This document shows, piece after piece, positions 57,601 through 64,000 of a stretch of DNA of 64,000 bases. Position 1 is the stretch's first letter. The number at the start of each line of letters is the position of its first letter. Source of the stretch: a virus; the IMG/VR virus record IMGVR_UViG_3300013104_000002, positions 1 through 64,000 of that record; one strand, 5' to 3'. Below the pieces are notes generated by a model that was given only the letters and a program-made list of their open reading frames with translations, did no database searches and was not told the origin of the DNA. The translations under genes and the position numbers were made by a program.

Positions 57601-58083
57601 TGCATAAATATCTAAACATCTGTCATTAACTAGTTCTATATATTGTAAAGAAGGAACTTGTGTTACTGTTTCTAAAGGAGTTACAATAGGATTAAAAGCT
57701 TTTATACCACAACTATCACAATCTTCATTAAAATTAGTAGTTTCCTCGTTTTTGTAATTTATATTATTTATATCATTATTATCTACATACCCAATACTTG
57801 AACGTTTGTAATGAACACTATTAGTATCTTCTATAATACTAGTTAGAAAGTAATACGTATAATTTGAAAGTAAGTCTGTTTTTTTTCCAATGACTTTATA
57901 ATTTTCTGGGAATTTAACTCCATAATAATTAGAAGGTTCCAATTGGCTAATCTGGGTATCGCCTCCTTCATTACTAGATGTCATATTTACAGAAACTGTA
58001 TATTGTATATTCTTTAAATCCGCTCCATTTTTATCGCGTGACATTCCTAGTCGAGGGGATGAAATACTTTTATTATGTTTCAT
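51652..58083 (-). CDS. crAss-like tail stabilisation/muzzle protein (N-terminal part) with C-terminal Ig/PKD-like and LRR-like appendage
   Basis: GMSRD N-terminus, YWNDYRNPPR, IRHPKMPD, VESEINCNFR, GHFWVDAKRG, RLFITKKDY; position after IHF-like and tubular genes. Confidence 0.75.
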   Translation of the reverse strand: MKHNKSISSPRLGMSRDKNGADLKNIQYTVSVNMTSSNEGGDTQISQLEPSNYYGVKFPENYKVIGKKTDLLSNYTYYFLTSIIEDTNSVHYKRSSIGYVDNNDINNINYKNEETTNFNEDCDSCGIKAFNPIVTPLETVTQVPSLQYIELVNDRCLDIYAGLNFDINFPAKKIEINQEKLGTTLYWNDYRNPPRFLNVTNLLEKGAQNYLFELELPCEDSTYSNCIDVDKLLMFPKHNRIILNPAEQQLGGNLKKGTYEFWAAYCDLMGNEMTQYSSPTNPIAIFDENNNIQSQTETDEFTNFAIKIKVENLDVKHFKYYKIAVVERNNVVNTQSVFLAGIYPTTDDTVIYTHSGSSNDDLYIARGNVSLKKRMDFNTLNAIKPNWEKAKFTMVSGDVLWHGGLVQEEELNVQPVMNLFGGLLHWTTSAASENLYKSAIANSKYKGFTRDEVQPFSARLLYKNGGYSTAIPLIARPALPGENDILEEDNNLNSILNNSSQCVSTDRNKKWQVYNTAYAYNETCIDIEEGATEIEEPATNSCTLENVYTINTGSVTIEIDQNYEDLKTYVETHPDDPNISIITDALNNAYPGNCSPAFIGDCDLPANLDNQTNIISSVVNEVTVLDPKEEEDYLRSVPPSFCSPYKRDVDGSGYERDTEFEENFMGCKVGGDLREAYVRDSNFSNEICGYAESLLVQSDPSQSGIGVFLNYAGADLEADLLQPSYNVAVTNSVFKSKLHKKAQFFKINKNERSSLVFEITRRSKCPSSNDRDDLPSVSTVRYTIYDNCTNKTVLGGEIVDLDNGELRFFNETQLALLPPTFYIAIDSPIMSETIYTDCSDIFPGDPKIVYKVIPPCGCFSVYIRETEYEAATVSWDSIVIDKIQDYSTQCRYKIPKVNDCDPLPYRKGVTAYWESTEIYDDNKELWDSSEIKINGSDLNLLSEKDREEFLNYYTSGLDSNGNYILKNADFRCQPIRHPKMPDNTVAPYIIDSLSFRQNADSIIFPLGVQIDSNVIKTVINIAYSNGLITAKQRDNIQGYEILRGDNSVSKSVIANGIGFDFYNYEKEGETINFSNFPFNDLGKNKYLLEKPKGNIINHPYNSERNHMYSFLSPDIFLTRPSLPTEVSLQGFVFGNSTSSFSKVDEHSQWTVLGDKSRSTATTLAIAEAVMEVLIKTGELIALQQGGFVFSLGAVGAGIAAAGMIAAAYVRIGKYRYDWLTIFRDLGRVDNYANMQTGVAKYNKFLKADQYSSEYLRKLAIKKHLREGDYTFTDENTGEMVKINNWLREHSVFLSTGESFPFDYSSYSQYTAYDNNNKSNKGSNFISSETNCKLGVEADRNVASPYFTLKNYIPDQWGKIDSIKWLTTNYIFDLDQNTECSPILGGTSVISRFSWRKKAPIFRSNAVKLADKLPFLYSENDNMAFPRFYCDYEVGGIYTNTGIPFPDIKSETAFDCETGRKDFYYKPPSKFYLFVHGIVDFLVESEINCNFRYAKNEPKEWFYPQHRNLSTWLQEANLPMSEPNTFHYNNSYSLGVSNSPYKFFDKTYSKEIWRKRNLQNNAVTWSEKEVNENDLTNPWLVYKPLNWYEFKTNNGKLIDMHNIESNQFIARFENRLLLHNAIDVFSEKLTPQNRETGISGMFYQRPIEFKSTDLGFMGTQHTDIVSTPYGHFWVDAKRGRIFKLESNGQGVEIISEQSGGQPTNMKQWFKEQLPLKILKQFPNLNTDNKYKGIGYNMWYDDRGERLFITKKDYIVKDEECLDYDEETGIYYTCGEDTTTCPPGFTYNSLTELCERQTTSAPLCPPNYVYDEVNQTCTLITTEPADCSCTVDVIPTPSVQNIASGDTTSISLTSSTLGATFTWTAVSSGVSGAGSGSGSSIAQTLTNSGSIVGTVIYTITPHFEDCTPEPEEVIVTVNPSLPIEFKLYATDLDNFSLYSVNSSTTFQVNWGDGTIITYPAGLNTLSHNYTTSYTGEIITTVYANSIGSMNIGQDTLNNGKVEIKVSELAKLTSLGILIATRNNITGDISGFPSTMTVIDLDENSLTGNVALIPPNVRIFSIQGTNTIADYTSGRTWVNNMKEVTIKSATSALSSTEVDNLLINLSVPTWASSGKVDLTGGNSPRTSASNSAVSTLISKGVTVLTN

Positions 58084-58094
58084 TAATTTAGTTA

Positions 58095-58958
58095 TTATGA
58101 AGGTAAATTATAGCGATTCTGGTTTTGTCTGTTTTTTTTATAAATTTGCTTGGCAAACTTTTCTTGGTCTATACCTTTCCAGTTTGATTCGGACATGGCT
58201 TCCAGAAATAACCTTCTTTGATCTTGTTTCCAAATACCTACCCATCTCATTAGAGATTGTGCGTTCTTTTCATTTATATCCAAAGTTTCTGCCAATTCTA
58301 ATTTTACTGCATTTTTTATATGTTTTAGAATATCTCCCGTACTAAAAACAGGGATTGCTATCTCTTCCTCTACAGTAGGTAAACTGTTATATTGTAAATA
58401 TATTTTTCCATCCTTAAAATTGGCTGTTAATGTACGACCTGTGATGCTGATTTTATCTGGGTAATTATTTCTTATTGCGGGATTCATATTTAAACAGTCA
58501 ACTGCTATTGTATCTTTATTCATTCCCTCTACTAAAGACAACCATTGATAATTATACCATTTATCTTCGTATTCATAATTGGTATATATCTTTTCTGTAG
58601 TTATTTTTGATTGGCAGAAATCTACATAATAATCCATAGTAGCATTACTCCAATACGCTGGATTTTCTATTTTTTGTTTTTCTACTATCAATCTTTTCTC
58701 TGGTGTTTTTTTTATGCTTCCTTCATTAGTTAATTTTAATCCTAATATCATAGATCTAAATGTTTCTGGTAGTACTGCCTTTGAATTCTTTATTTCTACT
58801 ATTGTTTCATTTTTAGTACAAATGTTTTTACCAAACTTCCTCAATTCAGTTATGACCCAAGTTTTTATCGAATTTCTGTCTATATCTCCTGTAGCTGCAT
58901 AATTAGAGAAAGTAGTTTCAATCTCTGCAATAAATTCATCTAATGTAACTAACTCCAT
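58095..58958 (-). CDS. tail tubular/ring protein (crAss-like)
   Basis: position between IHF-like and stabilisation genes; ANFKDGKIYLQY...IP. Confidence 0.65.
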   Translation of the reverse strand: MELVTLDEFIAEIETTFSNYAATGDIDRNSIKTWVITELRKFGKNICTKNETIVEIKNSKAVLPETFRSMILGLKLTNEGSIKKTPEKRLIVEKQKIENPAYWSNATMDYYVDFCQSKITTEKIYTNYEYEDKWYNYQWLSLVEGMNKDTIAVDCLNMNPAIRNNYPDKISITGRTLTANFKDGKIYLQYNSLPTVEEEIAIPVFSTGDILKHIKNAVKLELAETLDINEKNAQSLMRWVGIWKQDQRRLFLEAMSESNWKGIDQEKFAKQIYKKNRQNQNRYNLPS

Positions 58959-59371
58959 TATTTTTTAAGTTTTAATTTTCTGTGTAATAGTATAGCCTCT
59001 GCTTTATCTTCAGGTTTTTCTGTTTCTGCCTTTGAATTTGGTGTGTTGGTGATTATATATTGGTTTCTTAAATAATCATCCTCAAGATAGAAATGAGTCT
59101 CTTTTCTATGCATTCTCTTATGAGTAAATAAGCTCATTTTTTTCATATATTGACCAAAAGGTCTTTTATACATAACTCCTAAGCCTTTTAAATGAACACC
59201 GTACTTGGTTTCTGAAAGCATTTTTCTAAATTCCTCTATCATGCCTCCAATAGCTTTTTCAAAATAGTTATATTGATCTATTTTTTTAGAGGGCTTACGT
59301 CTTATTTTCTTGTAGAAATTATAAAATTCTCTTCCCATTAAAGGATCGAGGTATTCAAGTTTCTTTGCCAT
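58958..59371 (-). CDS. IHF/HU-like protein of crAss-like tail module
   Basis: basic protein, GVHLKGLGVM HU-like strand; start MAKK preferred. Confidence 0.55.
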   Translation of the reverse strand: MAKKLEYLDPLMGREFYNFYKKIRRKPSKKIDQYNYFEKAIGGMIEEFRKMLSETKYGVHLKGLGVMYKRPFGQYMKKMSLFTHKRMHRKETHFYLEDDYLRNQYIITNTPNSKAETEKPEDKAEAILLHRKLKLKK

Positions 59372-59373
59372 TT

Positions 59374-60471
59374 TTATATACCTATTGTGTAATTTGTAAA
59401 ACATTCTGTCTTTGATCCGTTAAAAGGTATTTCAGGTTGGTAATTTAGGTCTTTCAATTTTATTTTTTCTACCACTTCTAAATCCCATATAAATCCTGCA
59501 CTGCCTTTTACTTCGCTAATTACTTCATACTCATAGGGCATTTTATCAACATTATTATATCTGGTTTCAATAGTATTAACTGTTATTCCGATTTTATAAA
59601 ACTCTTCATTTTCATTGAAACACCTCAAGGTATAAAAAGTGCATGTCCTACCTTTGGCTTTTTCTATGTATTTTTCACGAGTCCAACATGATTCTTTTGT
59701 ACATTTTGAACATCCCTGTCCTTTAATGTGATTGTTTGGAGTTTGTCTAAATATCCCGTGGTGTTCACATAAAATATCTATTTTTTCTGTACCTTTGGTA
59801 TACTCTGATTGGTAGTATGAATATCTACCATTATGTACTAAATTGGCTTCGTGAATAAACTCTTCTTTTGTTTTTGTCTGTTTATCTGACATAGCTTCTT
59901 TTCCACATTTAGTACACCCATGTCCATTCAAATGCCCATTGGATTTTTGTAAAAACTCTCCATGATTATGGCAAAATATTTTAACTTTACTGTTACTACC
60001 TTTATATTCTACTTTTGAGTAATCGTATTTGTCGCCATGAATTTCTTTCGCTTTTTCTATGAATTGTTCTGTGGTTTTTATAAGTTTACTAGATCTAGAT
60101 TCATTGGCACATTTGGGACAAATTGAACCGTTTAAATGACTTTTGGGTATTTGTTTAAAATCTCCATGTTTTTGACAAGTTATTACTACTTTTTCTTTTG
60201 AGCTTTTATAAATAGTGTTTAAATAACTATATGTCTCATTATGTATCTCATTTGATCTTGCTATAAATTCTTCGGTTGTTAAACTATGTGCACATTTGCG
60301 ACACTTACTTCCACTTAAATGTTTATTAGGAGATTGCGTAAATGACCCATGTTTTTCGCAGAATATTACTACTTTAGTATGATTATTTGTGTAATTTACT
60401 TTATCGTAGTTATACCTATCACCGTGTGCTTTTTTAGCTTTCTCTATAAATTCCTTTGTCTTTTTATCCAT
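59374..60471 (-). mobile_element. free-standing homing endonuclease-like protein with four DUF723-type Zn-binding repeats and C-terminal GIY-YIG-like domain
   Basis: 4x (EFI.KA...H...Y.Y...C..HG.F.Q....HL.G..C.KC); FYTLRC...FYKIGIT. Confidence 0.8.
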
Positions 60472-60472
60472 T

Positions 60473-61147
60473 TTAATTTCCCTCGATAGAATTTGGATTA
60501 TTATCCTCTCTAATTTGTCTAGTTATCCCTAATTTCTCTAGTGTCATAGTTTTTACTACTTCTAATAATTTGTCAGGACATACGAACTCTTTACTCCAAT
60601 TTGATCGACAAACATCTTTTTCTGAACAACTTGAACAATCCTCTGCATTAATATTATCTATTGTAAGAACTGTTAAGTCTACACTATATATTTCTTCATC
60701 TGGGATATACAGATGATTATCCGATCCTAAATATAAGTAAACTTCTCCTTTTAATCTATATTTTCTATTTTTATTTCGACGATATTGTGTTTCATCTATA
60801 AATGCAAATCTATAATTACCATCTAATGATACAATATCTTTTATACTACTACCTAGCCTAGAGAATAGTAATTTAGGAAGAGGTTTTTTAGACTTCATTA
60901 AAGTATTGCAAAGTCTGAATTCTATTGAAGGACAGTTTTTGGTGTTGATTTTTTCAAATTCAAAGCAAGGTATATTAGTATAAATATTAGTGTCAGACAA
61001 TAAACTCCTTTCTCCCCATTTTTGAGATATTAAAAAAGTTGCCGAATCTTCCAGTAGTTTTAGTATAAATCTTCTAGGAATCCTGCTATCCTTATTATTG
61101 GTTCGAAATAAGTTGGTAACCTCAGATACTATTGTGTTTTTATCCAT
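60473..61147 (-). CDS. tail ring/adaptor protein (crAss-like)
   Basis: position in tail module; Cys-containing; DSRIPRRFI...EDNNPN. Confidence 0.55.
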   Translation of the reverse strand: MDKNTIVSEVTNLFRTNNKDSRIPRRFILKLLEDSATFLISQKWGERSLLSDTNIYTNIPCFEFEKINTKNCPSIEFRLCNTLMKSKKPLPKLLFSRLGSSIKDIVSLDGNYRFAFIDETQYRRNKNRKYRLKGEVYLYLGSDNHLYIPDEEIYSVDLTVLTIDNINAEDCSSCSEKDVCRSNWSKEFVCPDKLLEVVKTMTLEKLGITRQIREDNNPNSIEGN

Positions 61148-61163
61148 TTTGTAGTAATTTAGG

Positions 61164-61195
61164 CAAAATTAATTATATAAAGTGTATTACACAAA
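61164..61195 (-). promoter_or_regulatory. Bacteroidota primary-sigma promoter
   Basis: TTTG, 20 nt spacer, TAATTTTG. Confidence 0.7.
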
Positions 61196-61215
61196 TCTTT
61201 GAAACTTGTTGTAAT

Positions 61216-61246
61216 AAAAAATGCGGACATCTATTACATCCGCATT
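61216..61246 (-). terminator. intrinsic terminator
   Basis: AATGCGGA...TCCGCATT stem with T tract on the minus strand. Confidence 0.7.
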
Positions 61247-61270
61247 AAAACAAAAGTTATTTATTATCTA

Positions 61271-61606
61271 TTAACAAGGGTCTCCTTCGGGTTGTATTAG
61301 AGTAACATTACCATCAATAGGATAATTTACTGTTAAAAAATATCTAGGAGTGCCATCTATCCTTATATAATTATGAGGAATGGGTGTGGTTAGGGTAATA
61401 TCAGAATATACTGCCGTAACATCATATGGAAACGGAACACTTAAATCTCCCACATAGTATACACTTCCTCCTAAAGTAGGTGAATTTATTCCTACTACTC
61501 CGCCTGTACAAGCATATGTTCCATAATAGTATAGAGCTGTATTTATAGGTGGGGCGGGTTCTTGATTATTATTAGTCTTAAATATTAATTTTTTTATATT
61601 ATTCAT
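61271..61606 (-). CDS. putative tail fibre-associated protein
   Basis: 111 aa, beta-rich, downstream of fibre gene. Confidence 0.55.
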   Translation of the reverse strand: MNNIKKLIFKTNNNQEPAPPINTALYYYGTYACTGGVVGINSPTLGGSVYYVGDLSVPFPYDVTAVYSDITLTTPIPHNYIRIDGTPRYFLTVNYPIDGNVTLIQPEGDPC

Positions 61607-61608
61607 AA

Positions 61609-63054
61609 TTAAGCTTTTGTATTACCAAGTAAATCAAAGGCGTTAGTTGAACCAATTTGTTCAATTCCAACATGGAATCCTTGACCTTCTATTTTAAAAC
61701 CTACAGGATTAGAGATAGTAGTGGATGAACCCACTATTGTAACATCCGCTGTTCCTTTTTGGGTAATTCCTACAAAGAAGTTTTGAGGTAATCCTGCTGG
61801 GACAGTTATTGTTACTGGAGTTGACCCATTATTTACTTTAATACTATAATTGTTGTCTGCACTAGTTAGAGCATAACTAGTGGTTATAGCTTTTTGTAAA
61901 TTTACTGTTTCTATTACATAAGGTGAAGCAGTAGTTCCTGATCCTGTGACTGATGTAGTTGTTCCTGAATTAATTTTAGTCTCTGAGCCATCAGGGGCTG
62001 ACATTGTGTTATTAATAATATAAGGACTTCCAGCAGTACCAGATCCACTTATTGATATATTAGTTCCCGCATTAACTTTTGTCTCTGATCCATCAATTGT
62101 AGAAGATATAATATATGGAGATGCAATTGTTCCCAACCCAGACACACCAATATTAGTTCCTGGATTTATTTTTGTTTCAGAACCATCTGAACCTGTGGCG
62201 GTTATTATGTAAGGAGAGCCTGTTGTTCCGCTTCCTGATATACTTATATTTGTGCCAGCATTAATCTTTGTTTCGGAACCATCTATAACAGGTAAAACAT
62301 CTAATACCCATTTTTTGTTTACTAAAGACAAATCAGTAAAATTAGCAGAATAGTCTGCAAAATACTGAATACCTGTATTGTTTTTACTATCTCTAAATTT
62401 AGTAGTTTCATCAAAAAACATAAGTCCTACATACGGTTGGGCAGATCCGTCACCTATCCCTATATAAAGCCTTCCAAAGGTAGCTTCTGTTGCATCAACG
62501 CTAGATAGTGAGAGAAGAACTCCGTTAGGTTTATAAAAAATAAGATTTGAGTCATTTTCTAAGCTTACTAATGCATTTCCTGAAACAGAACCATCGTTAT
62601 TTATACTATCTTGAAATCCTACAACTGCTGCCAATCCCTCTACAAATTCAGTCAGGTTTCCTTCATCTATTGTTATATTTATTTCATTTGTTGATTGACT
62701 TAATAGTATAAGATTCCCTGATTTAGTCAAGGTTCTTAATTGTTTTTTACCTAAAAGACTTTCTCCTGAATAAATTTGAATTCCATTACCTATATTCTCC
62801 AATTGAAAATATCCTTGTATCTCTGAAAATTTGTTACAATTATAATCTACTATATTTTTTAAATTATCTGCAAGATTTATATTTTTTAGTACTACCGCTA
62901 CTCCGTTACATTGTATGTCATCTCCCTTATAGAGCACACATTCAGCACCAAGATCCGTAATAGGGCAGTCACAGTCAGTTTGTGGAGAACACTGACTACA
63001 TTGTGTATATGTTATAGTGGTATCTTGACATCCACAATTTCTATCATCTGACAT
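61609..63054 (-). CDS. tail fibre/spike-like protein with four ~31-34 aa repeats
   Basis: Cys-rich N-terminus; 4x DGSETK.N.GT....SG.GT..SPY.I; beta-rich C-terminal domain. Confidence 0.7.
   Translation of the reverse strand: MSDDRNCGCQDTTITYTQCSQCSPQTDCDCPITDLGAECVLYKGDDIQCNGVAVVLKNINLADNLKNIVDYNCNKFSEIQGYFQLENIGNGIQIYSGESLLGKKQLRTLTKSGNLILLSQSTNEINITIDEGNLTEFVEGLAAVVGFQDSINNDGSVSGNALVSLENDSNLIFYKPNGVLLSLSSVDATEATFGRLYIGIGDGSAQPYVGLMFFDETTKFRDSKNNTGIQYFADYSANFTDLSLVNKKWVLDVLPVIDGSETKINAGTNISISGSGTTGSPYIITATGSDGSETKINPGTNIGVSGLGTIASPYIISSTIDGSETKVNAGTNISISGSGTAGSPYIINNTMSAPDGSETKINSGTTTSVTGSGTTASPYVIETVNLQKAITTSYALTSADNNYSIKVNNGSTPVTITVPAGLPQNFFVGITQKGTADVTIVGSSTTISNPVGFKIEGQGFHVGIEQIGSTNAFDLLGNTKA
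61906..62283 (-). repeat. intragenic tandem repeat, 4 units of ~93-102 bp
   Basis: DGSETK...SPY units with synonymous DNA divergence. Confidence 0.85.
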
Positions 63055-63058
63055 AATT

Positions 63059-63283
63059 TTATAAATTATCTATTATTTCTTGTAAATTATCCACTTTATT
63101 TCTTAAAACTATCAATGCGGTATATATTGCTTGATTAAACTGTTCTTGTGTTGAGTTAGCTCCTAATCCTAGTTGAGAGTAGGTGTTTTCATCTATTACA
63201 CATTTAGTACTTTTACGATCCCCATTGCAATTGTCCTCTGATTGCACTACGTTTGTATAAGTCGGACATCCTGTTGTTGCCAT
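63059..63283 (-). CDS. small Cys-containing virion protein with C-terminal coiled coil
   Basis: 74 aa; CNG...STKCV. Confidence 0.6.
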   Translation of the reverse strand: MATTGCPTYTNVVQSEDNCNGDRKSTKCVIDENTYSQLGLGANSTQEQFNQAIYTALIVLRNKVDNLQEIIDNL

Positions 63284-63294
63284 AATTTTTATTT

Positions 63295-63726
63295 TTAGGG
63301 TTGAGGTAGATTATCTAAAATTAATTGTAAAGTTTCTGCTAAGGTAGATGGAGAATCCCCGCAGTCATCCACTAGTCCATTAAAGTCAAGATTACAACTT
63401 TCTATGTTTTTACTACAAATATCTGTAGTTTCTAGTTCTGTTACTCTATCTTTTAATGCTATTATTTCTGCATCTATTTTTATAAAAGCATTTTTTACAA
63501 TAACCCTCCCTTCTGTGGTTTTTACATAGTTTAGTATACTATCTTCTAATGATTCTAAGTTAATTTCCTCCAGCTGATTGTAAATATCCTGAGTCGTTTC
63601 TTCTATAGATAGGGAACAATGATCAGATAATTCCGAAAATTTATTAACCTCTCCCTCGTATTCTACGCATGCACTAGGTTTTATCTCACCACATGTATGC
63701 TGTATTTTATTGCACTTATTTTCCAT
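63295..63726 (-). CDS. Cys-containing virion/tail protein
   Basis: 143 aa; TCG...SACVEYEG resembles the AECVLYKG segment of the fibre. Confidence 0.6.
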   Translation of the reverse strand: MENKCNKIQHTCGEIKPSACVEYEGEVNKFSELSDHCSLSIEETTQDIYNQLEEINLESLEDSILNYVKTTEGRVIVKNAFIKIDAEIIALKDRVTELETTDICSKNIESCNLDFNGLVDDCGDSPSTLAETLQLILDNLPQP

Positions 63727-63747
63727 TTTAATTATTATAATTTATAC

Positions 63748-64000
63748 TTATGTAAAAAACGCTTCCGTAATAGTTATTGCAATTTTAAACATTCCTATGT
63801 CATTAGGATGTGATGCAACGCCTGAATTATTTACAGTATGCCAAACTAAGTCGTCTCCATAAACTTGTGCTCCAATAACACTTTTATTTATTGAAAGGTC
63901 TAACGAAGATAATGGTACATAAGGGCAATCTCTAGATAAAGAAGCGGCTTGCATTATTGAATCTTTAGTAGCACTAACCCAAAAATTACCTGTTGTAAAT
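63748..64000 (-). CDS. 3' end of a gene truncated by the window edge (probably tail-related)
   Basis: frame open from the window end (FTTGNFWVSATKDSI-MQ...) to stop at 63748. Confidence 0.6.
   Translation of the reverse strand, partial: FTTGNFWVSATKDSIMQAASLSRDCPYVPLSSLDLSINKSVIGAQVYGDDLVWHTVNNSGVASHPNDIGMFKIAITITEAFFT

Noticed and set aside
27596-58902. Plus-strand ORFs inside the large minus-strand genes (e.g. 32030-32653, 40011-40337, 51893-52174)
   Set aside because: Antisense shadows of real genes with atypical composition and no promoters.
1-64000. Stop-codon reassignment as in some crAss-like phages
   Set aside because: Long genes are intact in the standard code and coding density is high; TAG and TGA act as normal stops.
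1-64000. CRISPR array, diversity-generating retroelement, integrase or invertible cassette
   Set aside because: No repeat-spacer array, reverse transcriptase motif, recombinase or long inverted repeats seen.

Overview
A 64 kb, very AT-rich segment of a lytic Bacteroidota (probably Flavobacteriaceae-type) podovirus with a crAss-like tail module. Bases 1-19.9 kb (+ strand) and 19.9-27.0 kb (- strand) hold two converging arrays of small early/middle genes. Recognisable members are a family A DNA polymerase, a VirE_N/BT4734-like primase-type protein, a T5 A1-like metallophosphoesterase, a PcfJ-like protein, an MmcB-like nuclease, NADAR, SLOG/YspA, DUF3307, an MqsA-like N-terminal domain, an AEP-like protein and a Pol-beta nucleotidyltransferase. 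Bases 27.1-64 kb (- strand) are virion genes: Cys-rich tail/fibre genes, ring, IHF-like and tail tubular genes, a split muzzle/stabilisation gene, two free-standing homing endonucleases, and six large nearly Cys-free ejection/cargo proteins. Bacteroidota sigma-type promoters (TTTG-N19/20-TAnnTTTG) occur in both early and late regions, and I see no virion RNA polymerase motif. Two patterns stand out. (1) Three consecutive cargo proteins carry almost their only cysteines at their termini, in gene order (...NCN / MAC...DCL / MAC...), suggesting head-to-tail covalent chaining. (2) Two cargo proteins are built of modules separated by ten [A/M/Y]Q[Q/E]G[G/K/T] motifs, suggesting polyprotein processing. 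Also seen: a tRNA-like mini-RNA, a possible kissing-loop leader RNA, and a recurrent T-tract/CG-core/A-tract DNA motif. All family assignments come from motif recognition by eye; no searches were run.
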